Positions 38,907 through 45,910 of a stretch of DNA of 64,000 bases are shown piece after piece (position 1 is the stretch's first letter; every line of letters begins with the position of its first letter). The stretch is from a virus. The notes beneath the pieces are model-generated. The model had not been told where the DNA came from and ran no database searches. It worked only from the letters and a program-made list of their open reading frames with translations. The position numbers and the translations under genes are program-made. Location of the stretch: positions 64,001 to 128,000 of the IMG/VR virus record IMGVR_UViG_3300035070_002905. One strand, written 5' to 3'.

Positions 38907-39467
38907 ATGGCTACACATGAAATAACCTATGATACTGCAGACAATGCCGCTCGAGCCCTCAACACTATGAAGTGGTATAACCGAGACGGTAAGTTCTCTC
39001 GGAAGGGTACTACTGCAATGTTCGACATGCCCGACTCGCGTCCACTGCACGATCACGTAAGTGGTCATCCTCATCATGCTCTACAGTTCTGCGAGTTCGT
39101 CTCCCGATGTCGGATTCCAGAACTAGAGCCAACTATCCTATGCGACCCTGGCATTGCAGCACGATATGCTAAGAGTATCCTGAAGTCTACCTGGCCGGAA
39201 GCAGAGGATAAGATCTTCTCTAGCATCCACGCTATTACCTACTACCTAGAGGTACCGGGCGTTGATATAGATAGATGTAAGGCTGCAGTCATAGCAGAGG
39301 TAAACAGAGGCAGTGAGAGTAGCTACTGGAATGCGTACAACTACTGGGCGATCATCAGTCGTATCAAACAGGCCTGGCCTGAGGTTGAACCTGTACTGAA
39401 GCTGAACCCGTCTATCTGGGCGCAGTACCAAAGGTTATTACCTACATGGAATTCAACAAATTCCTAA
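38907..39467 (+). CDS. Hypothetical helical-repeat protein
   Basis: AGGAGG RBS; repeated WPEAE/WPEVE motif. Confidence 0.65.
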   Translation: MATHEITYDTADNAARALNTMKWYNRDGKFSRKGTTAMFDMPDSRPLHDHVSGHPHHALQFCEFVSRCRIPELEPTILCDPGIAARYAKSILKSTWPEAEDKIFSSIHAITYYLEVPGVDIDRCKAAVIAEVNRGSESSYWNAYNYWAIISRIKQAWPEVEPVLKLNPSIWAQYQRLLPTWNSTNS

Positions 39468-39612
39468 AACCTGCTATAAATAAAGTGTAAGGAGTTATAC
39501 ACTCCTGCGGAAATTCAACATTCTAGTTATTTCCGTTATAATTAAGTTGTAAGGTAAACTACACCTTACTCGGAGCAAGTGCTCCAACAGGATTAGCAAT
39601 AGCGATCCTGCA
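39448..39612 (+). promoter_or_regulatory. Tandem duplicated promoter-like units and hairpin-rich leader of the poly-Ubl gene
   Basis: Two roughly 61 bp degenerate repeats AATTCAACA...TATAA.TAA..TGTAAGG, each followed by a hairpin, then two more hairpins. Confidence 0.55.
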
Positions 39613-39638
39613 AAATGTCAACTATAGGAATCTGACAT

Positions 39639-40745
39639 ATGACTACTAAGATCATCATCCCTGGCCGTGAAGCACAAACTCTAACTGGCATGACTATGGA
39701 CGTAGAGCAAGTTAAAGCAGCTTACGCTGGTCAAATTGATCTTTCTGCGTATAACGTCGACACTCAAGTTGTTGATGGCGAAACAGTAATCACATTCTCA
39801 AACCGCACTGGTACAAAAGGAACTGACATGCAGGTAATTAACGAAGCAGGCTCTAACCCGGTATTCACTACTATCATCATTCCGGGCCGTGAAGCTCAAA
39901 CTATTCCAGGCATGGCGCTTGGCGTAGACGATGTAGTAGCAGCATTCGCCGGTCAAATCGATCTGAAGAACTACGAGTCTCAAGTGGCTCAAGAAGAAAC
40001 AGGTCCAGTAATCACATTCGCAAACCGTACAGGCACAAAAGGAAATGGCATGCAAGTAATCAACGAAGCAGGTTCTAACCCAGTATTCACAACTATCATC
40101 ATCCCAGGTCGTGAAGCACAAACGATCCCTGGTATGGCGCTAGGCGTGGACGACGTGGTTGCCGCTTTCGCTGGTCAAATCGACCTTAAGAACTACGAGT
40201 CTTCAGTTGCTACTGAAGATACTGGTCCAGTGATCACCTTCAGCAACCGTACTGGTACTAAAGGTAATGACCTGTTCGACGTGCTTTCACAGATGATGGC
40301 ATCTCCTACTACGGTAGAAGAAGAGCCGGCTGCTCCAGCTGGTCCTACTGGTACTAAGATCCTGATCCCAGGCCGTGAAGCTCAGGTAATCCCTGGTATG
40401 CTGATGGACGCTGAGCAAGTTAAAGGTGCTTACGCTGGTCAGATCGATCTATCTGCTTACAACGTTGACGTTAGCGTTGACGGTGACTTCCAGGTAGTGA
40501 CGTTCACTAACCGCACTGGTACTAAAGGTGCTGTCCTAGACGACAGCGCTGCACTTAAGCACACTAAGATCGTGATCCCTGGTCGTGAAGCTCAGGTGAT
40601 CAGCAACATGGTACTTGACGCTTCTGGCGTTAAAGCTGCTTACGCTGGTCAGATCGATCTATCTGCGTACAACGTAGAAGAAACTGAAGACGGTGACACG
40701 TTAGTAGTAACGTTCTCTAACCGTACAGGTACTAAAGGCGCTTAA
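39639..40745 (+). CDS. Polyubiquitin-like precursor: five Ubl units each ending NRTGTKG (PRTRC protein C/Prok_Ub-like)
   Basis: Five roughly 59 aa repeats IPGREAQ...AGQIDL..Y...TF.NRTGTKG; GTKG end as in PRTRC protein C; adjacent E2/JAB/E1 genes. Confidence 0.8.
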   Translation: MTTKIIIPGREAQTLTGMTMDVEQVKAAYAGQIDLSAYNVDTQVVDGETVITFSNRTGTKGTDMQVINEAGSNPVFTTIIIPGREAQTIPGMALGVDDVVAAFAGQIDLKNYESQVAQEETGPVITFANRTGTKGNGMQVINEAGSNPVFTTIIIPGREAQTIPGMALGVDDVVAAFAGQIDLKNYESSVATEDTGPVITFSNRTGTKGNDLFDVLSQMMASPTTVEEEPAAPAGPTGTKILIPGREAQVIPGMLMDAEQVKGAYAGQIDLSAYNVDVSVDGDFQVVTFTNRTGTKGAVLDDSAALKHTKIVIPGREAQVISNMVLDASGVKAAYAGQIDLSAYNVEETEDGDTLVVTFSNRTGTKGA

Positions 40746-40761
40746 GCCTTAGGTATTCTGG

Positions 40762-40791
40762 AAGGCGCCCCTCCGGCGCCTTTCTTTTTTT
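40762..40791 (+). terminator. Intrinsic terminator after the poly-Ubl gene
   Basis: AAGGCGCC-cctcc-GGCGCCTT then TCTTTTTTT. Confidence 0.85.
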
Positions 40792-40809
40792 GCTAATCCA
40801 GGAGTAACC

Positions 40810-41409
40810 ATGGACTATCCACAACCAAGTGACGTACAGAAGCAGATCAATGATGCTATCGTAGCCTGTCTAGATAATAACATCATCCGTTCTCTGGAAG
40901 ACATCCTGGAGCCGATTATCGGTGAGCAGAAAGGAGTCTTCAATGGTTCAATCAAATATCGTGGCGATATCAGCGATGCACAGATGCTGGTTAAACAGTA
41001 TGTAGGCATGATGCCTCTACAACAGATCTGCGGTCGTATCCTCCACGACGATACAATCATCCGCCTATGGAAGGGCGAGAGCTGTGTGGTAACTGAATCC
41101 CTGATGAACACTACATTCGTTCGTCGTGGTGAAGATCACCTCAAGCTTATCTTGGTCACCGTAAATGACCCGGCTACAGTAGACTACGTGAGTAATCTAG
41201 ACTGTGCGTACAACATCGAGCTAAATGAAATGCCGGAAGGCCGCCTTGGTATTGAGCTGCAAGTTCCAGTCAGCACTACCAACGCCGATCACTACTTCCA
41301 ATTCCTACAGCGTCTACCAGCTATCCTAGACGTATACTACACTCTACTGACGAGGTTCCCTACATGTCAAATCTCTTCGATCAATTTTCCGGACTTTCTG
41401 AATTCGTAG
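40810..41409 (+). CDS. Uncharacterised protein of the Ubl operon
   Basis: AGGAG RBS, 199 aa. Confidence 0.7.
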   Translation: MDYPQPSDVQKQINDAIVACLDNNIIRSLEDILEPIIGEQKGVFNGSIKYRGDISDAQMLVKQYVGMMPLQQICGRILHDDTIIRLWKGESCVVTESLMNTTFVRRGEDHLKLILVTVNDPATVDYVSNLDCAYNIELNEMPEGRLGIELQVPVSTTNADHYFQFLQRLPAILDVYYTLLTRFPTCQISSINFPDFLNS

Positions 41410-41648
41410 ATCTGCGTCACGAGTCGTATATGTCTCTGAACAATCTACTAGAAGGCCTTCGTAGCTTCAACGGCACACCTTCAGAAGCTCTTGAGATGGT
41501 TACTACAAGTAACTGGCAAGAAGGGCTTAACGAATACCAGCGACAGCAACAGCGTGTTCGTAACGGTAACCAACAAACGATCCGCGCTATGCAGCAGATC
41601 ACTTTCCGCGACTGTAAACCTGTAATGAGAGGAATCATCTATGTCTAG
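41364..41648 (+). CDS. Uncharacterised small protein of the Ubl operon
   Basis: GAGG RBS; overlaps both neighbours. Confidence 0.6.
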   Translation: MSNLFDQFSGLSEFVDLRHESYMSLNNLLEGLRSFNGTPSEALEMVTTSNWQEGLNEYQRQQQRVRNGNQQTIRAMQQITFRDCKPVMRGIIYV

Positions 41649-42333
41649 TCATATCGACGCTCGTATCCACGCAGAAGGCTACGTATCTATCAGTAACGAA
41701 GCTGGTGCAAACAAGAACATCTCGATCCCTGACTTCTTGCGTAAGATCAACCAGCTTGAGCAGGAGAATGGCAACCAGACTCAGGAAGTAGGCGAGGCGT
41801 ATACTTACCCGTCGTCTATCCACTCGGTCCAGCGTACCACTGATGGTTTCATTGTAAGCCTGTACTTCAACGAGCGTGAAGCTAACATACGTCACTCGTA
41901 CGGTGAAAGCTACCTGATCACTGTACCTAACGTAATGATCCGTCTGGAGCTACGTAAGGTTAACGGCGAAGAGCGCTACTCGATTGTAGATGCACGCTTC
42001 TACGCTACCGATAAGAACCGCATCAGCTTGCCTACGGTATTCCCTAGCGAGCCACGCAGTCAAGAACATATCTGGGCACTACCATTCCCTAATATGTATT
42101 CCGAAGGTAACATGTGCTACGGCGGTAACAGCATGCCTAGCGTAATCTACCGTGATTGGACTGTACTAGACTCTGTCTACCAGACTCTGATCATCGATGC
42201 ATCATGTAACAACGACTTGAACGTACCGTCAGTTAACGATGGTCCGTCTAATGGCGACGACTGGTTACAAGTCCTAGCCGACCACCACTCTCGCGGTGAT
42301 GGTTTCCCTTACACTCGTCTATACAACTACTAG
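41641..42333 (+). CDS. Prokaryotic E2-like conjugating enzyme (PRTRC protein B/Prok-E2_D-like)
   Basis: LPFPNMYSEGNMCYG matches the PFxNV..xG.VC.G catalytic-Cys motif. Confidence 0.75.
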   Translation: MSSHIDARIHAEGYVSISNEAGANKNISIPDFLRKINQLEQENGNQTQEVGEAYTYPSSIHSVQRTTDGFIVSLYFNEREANIRHSYGESYLITVPNVMIRLELRKVNGEERYSIVDARFYATDKNRISLPTVFPSEPRSQEHIWALPFPNMYSEGNMCYGGNSMPSVIYRDWTVLDSVYQTLIIDASCNNDLNVPSVNDGPSNGDDWLQVLADHHSRGDGFPYTRLYNY

Positions 42334-42345
42334 GAATATACTACC

Positions 42346-43479
42346 ATGGCAATGATTATTAACCCGATTACTACAGCATTCATGACAGCAGCCGAGTACG
42401 ATTCAGGTGAATTCGCTCGCTTCCCATTCAAGTACATCCTTGAAGAGAACGGCTCGATCATGTACCACACACAACTAAGTGCAGGTCGCTTCGTCTGCAT
42501 GGAAGAAGCTAAGATCAAAGGCCTGGCGGTCAACAAGACGACTAAGCCTCGTGAAGCAATCTTGCAACATCTACCTAACGGTGGTCAACGCGTTCCTGAA
42601 GAGTTCTTCTGGCAGATCCGCCAGTTCTTCCTTGACGTAATGGGTATGGGCCCGTCTACATATGAAGCTCAGGTCTTCGTACTGTGGAACGAGCATACTC
42701 AAGAGTATCGAATCATGGTCCCTAAGCAAACTGTATCAGCAGCAGCGGTACGTTATGACATTCAAGATCAGCTAGGTGAAGGCGACCACATCATTATGGA
42801 TATCCACAGCCATAACGATATGGGTGCGTTCTTCTCGGGAACCGATGACCGTGACGATGCGAAGAACTGCTGGATCTCTGGCGTGTTCGGTAAGCTCTCT
42901 ACTAACCTAGAGTACCGCTTCCGCTTCAACGATGGCACCGGCCACCACTACGAGCTGGCTAAAGGTGATATCTTCACGGTACCCGCAGCACAGTCTCAAG
43001 AGACTCCGCAGGCTTGGATCGACCAGGTTGAAATCCAGACGTACTCGAGCACTCGGTATCAAGGATACAATCGTCAGCCTTATCAAAGCGGTAACTACGG
43101 CGGTTGGCCGAATAGGAACCGCAATGCAGTAGAGACTCAGGACTACCCTGGCTGGGGCGATTCATGGGATGACGATACTACGGGACTTTTTAGCGAGGCG
43201 TCAGACCTGGACGCCTTCTTAAACGGGTCTACATTCTCGGAAGATGATGCATACAGCGAGTTCTATGATACACTGGTTGACTGCCTGTCTACGTTAGACC
43301 CTAAAGAGAGCGTTAACGTTCTTAAAGAGTTCATTAGCTGGATCGACAACCCTGCTCATGAGGCTGAAACTACTGATCGTGAATGGGACTCCTATAGCGA
43401 CGTGACGTATTACTACAGCCTATTTAAAGTAACACCTGAAATGGGTAAAGCTGTCGCACAGGACGTAATGGGAGCTTAA
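42346..43479 (+). CDS. JAB/MPN+ metallopeptidase (PRTRC protein A-like)
   Basis: YEAQVFVLW...MDIHSHNDMGAFFSGTDDRDD is the E...HxH...S..D JAMM motif. Confidence 0.9.
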   Translation: MAMIINPITTAFMTAAEYDSGEFARFPFKYILEENGSIMYHTQLSAGRFVCMEEAKIKGLAVNKTTKPREAILQHLPNGGQRVPEEFFWQIRQFFLDVMGMGPSTYEAQVFVLWNEHTQEYRIMVPKQTVSAAAVRYDIQDQLGEGDHIIMDIHSHNDMGAFFSGTDDRDDAKNCWISGVFGKLSTNLEYRFRFNDGTGHHYELAKGDIFTVPAAQSQETPQAWIDQVEIQTYSSTRYQGYNRQPYQSGNYGGWPNRNRNAVETQDYPGWGDSWDDDTTGLFSEASDLDAFLNGSTFSEDDAYSEFYDTLVDCLSTLDPKESVNVLKEFISWIDNPAHEAETTDREWDSYSDVTYYYSLFKVTPEMGKAVAQDVMGA

Positions 43480-44025
43480 ATGGAATTAGAACTGACACAG
43501 GGATGTGTCACTCTTATTGATGATGAAGATGCCGACCTTGTGTCGGCTCACAAGTGGTATCCTTTATACGTACCAAGTAGAGATAAATACATGGTGATAC
43601 GTAATAGGAAGATGGTGAACTACGAGAGGAGTGGTACTAGGTATCTGCATACCTTCCTACTGCCTGTTAAAGATGGATATTCTGTAGATCATATAAACAG
43701 GGATCCTCTAGATAACCGACGTAGTAATTTACGAGTAGCTAATAAGCAGCAGCAGCAGCTTAACACTGGACCTCGCAGGAATTCACCTATCCCGTATAAA
43801 GGAGTATCTTATAAGAAGACTAATAGCAATTACGTAGCTCAGATGTATGCACATGGTAGGAATATACATATAGGATCATTCGATTCTCCTACTGATGCAG
43901 CATTGGCGTATGATGAATACTCATTAGACTATTGGTCTAACATCCCCGACGATCCTATCTCAGGGTCGTATACACAATTCCTATATTTAAACTTTCCGGA
44001 GAAACACAATGGCACTATTGCGTAA
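43480..44025 (+). CDS. Free-standing HNH homing endonuclease with AP2 domain
   Basis: VDHINRDPLDNRRSNLR; YKGVSY...HIGSFDSPTDAALAYD. Confidence 0.9.
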   Translation: MELELTQGCVTLIDDEDADLVSAHKWYPLYVPSRDKYMVIRNRKMVNYERSGTRYLHTFLLPVKDGYSVDHINRDPLDNRRSNLRVANKQQQQLNTGPRRNSPIPYKGVSYKKTNSNYVAQMYAHGRNIHIGSFDSPTDAALAYDEYSLDYWSNIPDDPISGSYTQFLYLNFPEKHNGTIA

Positions 44026-45025
44026 ATTTGATTTACTTTTGCAGGACGTTATCGTCGTGGGTTGTGGTGGTACAGGTTCACGTACAATCCCTATGATCGT
44101 GCAGCTGTTGAAGACTGCTCCTGCAGCGATCGGTCCCGCGCTATACCTAGTGGATGGTGATGAGGTTGAGGCTAAGAACCTTGCCCGTCAGAACTTCATC
44201 GAGCCTGATATCGGTCGTAACAAGGCGGTTGTACTAGCTGAGCGCTACGGCCAGGCTATGGACTTCCCTGTACATGCACATCCGCAGTTCGTTACGGACG
44301 GCGGTAACATCGTGGGTGACATTAACCGATCGGCTAGCTCTAACGACTTCCGTCAGCTAGGCCAGATGCGTAAGATCTGGATCCTTGCAGTAGATAGCAT
44401 CAAGGCTCGTATGATGGTACTTCAACAGGCCGGTCACAACGATGTAATCATCGATGCCGGTAATGAAGATACATTCGGTCAGGTGAGCATCTACGATAAC
44501 ATCCACCTAGAGTGCCTCCAGGGCGACTCTACGCCGGAGTTAGGTCCCTTCCAAGGGGATTACGCACTGCCGTTCATTCCGTCGCCCCTGACGTCGTACA
44601 TCGCCGCTGTGATCAATCCTCCGGTTGCTACCGGTTCGTGTGCAGATCTAGATCAGTCTCTAGCGATCAACAATATGATGTCTGCGGGCATCGTTGGTAT
44701 GCTGCAGAACCTGATCTACAACAACGAGTTCTATACCTGTACTAACTCGTACGACCTGCACCGCGGTAACCAGTCGACTTCAATGAACCACCTCTGGTTC
44801 AACGAGACGATGGGCCGTCAGCGCTTCGAGAAGCAGGAGTTCGGTCGTCTTGGCGATGATCTACCTAACCGTCTGTACGATCACCTGTCTAGCCACTCTC
44901 AGAACTTCCTGATGGCGAAGAACATGGAGACTCGTCGTGGTTCAATGGTACATGAACTGCTTTGCGATATCCGCTCTAAGACTACTGCCGTAGATCCAGC
45001 CGTCCTGGCTGCTCTAAAGCTATAA
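44009..45025 (+). CDS. ThiF/E1-like Ubl-activating enzyme (PRTRC ThiF-like)
   Basis: VVGCGGTGS, DGDEVEAKNLARQNF, GRNKA, AVDSIKAR, IDAGNE, GSCADLDQSLAIN. Confidence 0.9.
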   Translation: MALLRKFDLLLQDVIVVGCGGTGSRTIPMIVQLLKTAPAAIGPALYLVDGDEVEAKNLARQNFIEPDIGRNKAVVLAERYGQAMDFPVHAHPQFVTDGGNIVGDINRSASSNDFRQLGQMRKIWILAVDSIKARMMVLQQAGHNDVIIDAGNEDTFGQVSIYDNIHLECLQGDSTPELGPFQGDYALPFIPSPLTSYIAAVINPPVATGSCADLDQSLAINNMMSAGIVGMLQNLIYNNEFYTCTNSYDLHRGNQSTSMNHLWFNETMGRQRFEKQEFGRLGDDLPNRLYDHLSSHSQNFLMAKNMETRRGSMVHELLCDIRSKTTAVDPAVLAALKL

Positions 45026-45026
45026 C

Positions 45027-45060
45027 AAAAAGGCCAGCTCCGTGAGGGGCTGGCCTTTAG
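45027..45060. terminator. Bidirectional intrinsic terminator
   Basis: AAAGGCCAGCTCC-gtga-GGGGCTGGCCTTT between convergent blocks. Confidence 0.8.
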
Positions 45061-45084
45061 TTCTTCTTATTTTTTCGCTTGTCC

Positions 45085-45444
45085 CTAGTTCCTAGCCTCC
45101 AGACGCGTCACCTGCTTTCTTAGTTCCGATAGCTCCCTAGGTACTTCTGATAATGCTTTTAACGTGGCAGATATTTCAGCCATATTAACCTCCGCGGCAG
45201 TTGATCGGTTCTGCGTCTCTCTTAGGCTTATCACTATGCCTTCTATATTTTTAGTATTGGTAGCTGCAATGAACTCCAGCTTATCGATCCTCGATACGCT
45301 ATCTGCTCGATGGTTTATGCTACTCTCTGCTGCATTCAATCTAACTTCAAGCTTCGCAATTGAGTTTTTTACAGTAGTCCATGCACCGAAAAGGGCTGTT
45401 ATTCCAACGCCCAGGGGTACTAAATTGGCTATTAACCATTCCAT
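45085..45444 (-). CDS. Membrane-anchored coiled-coil protein (possible lysis accessory)
   Basis: N-terminal TM helix then heptad repeats; AGGAG RBS. Confidence 0.55.
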   Translation of the reverse strand: MEWLIANLVPLGVGITALFGAWTTVKNSIAKLEVRLNAAESSINHRADSVSRIDKLEFIAATNTKNIEGIVISLRETQNRSTAAEVNMAEISATLKALSEVPRELSELRKQVTRLEARN

Positions 45445-45453
45445 ATAATTCTC

Positions 45454-45876
45454 CTACTTAAACTTTCCTACCCATTGTTTCACCACTGCTTCTACCAGTG
45501 GAATAACGAGTCGACGATATCCCCATACAGACACTAGCATAAGCCCAAGGGCAATCTGATAGTATTGAGGCATGCTTTCCAGCACTGTGAATCCCGCCTG
45601 AATATGTGGTACCATCCCAGGAAAGAAAGCAAGAGGCACCGGTAAAAGGAACAGGTAGAAAGAGATATCATCCATCCAACCGGCAGCTGCGCGAGCCCCA
45701 GTATCCTGAGTAATATCTGCAGTCTGTCCTGCTTGTATTGCCTGGATCTTAGACTCCAGGTTGATCTTTTTTAGCTCATCCTTGCGCTCTTTCTGCGCGG
45801 CTTTAATCTTCTGTCCTTCAGTAAAGTAACCTCCGACAGCACTAGCCACCTCACCTACCCATCCGAATCCTAACAT
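45454..45876 (-). CDS. Putative holin-like membrane protein
   Basis: Two C-terminal hydrophobic helices and basic tail; AAGGAG RBS before ATG 45876; follows the fibre genes. Confidence 0.5.
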   Translation of the reverse strand: MLGFGWVGEVASAVGGYFTEGQKIKAAQKERKDELKKINLESKIQAIQAGQTADITQDTGARAAAGWMDDISFYLFLLPVPLAFFPGMVPHIQAGFTVLESMPQYYQIALGLMLVSVWGYRRLVIPLVEAVVKQWVGKFK

Positions 45877-45890
45877 AAACACTCCTTAAG

Positions 45891-45906
45891 AGGCCCCGAA
45901 GGGCCT
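45891..45906 (-). other. C(UUCG)G hairpin between fibre and holin-like genes
   Basis: AGGCCC-ttcg-GGGCCT with no clear U tract. Confidence 0.5.
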
Positions 45907-45910
45907 ATCA

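Noticed and set aside
43480-44025. HNH as part of a group I intron splitting one gene
   Set aside because: JAB and E1 are each complete with their own stop, start and RBS, and there is no flanking non-coding sequence for a ribozyme.
44009-45025. ThiF as a thiamine or molybdopterin biosynthesis gene
   Set aside because: No thi or moa genes nearby; neighbours are E2-like, JAB and GTKG-ending repeats.
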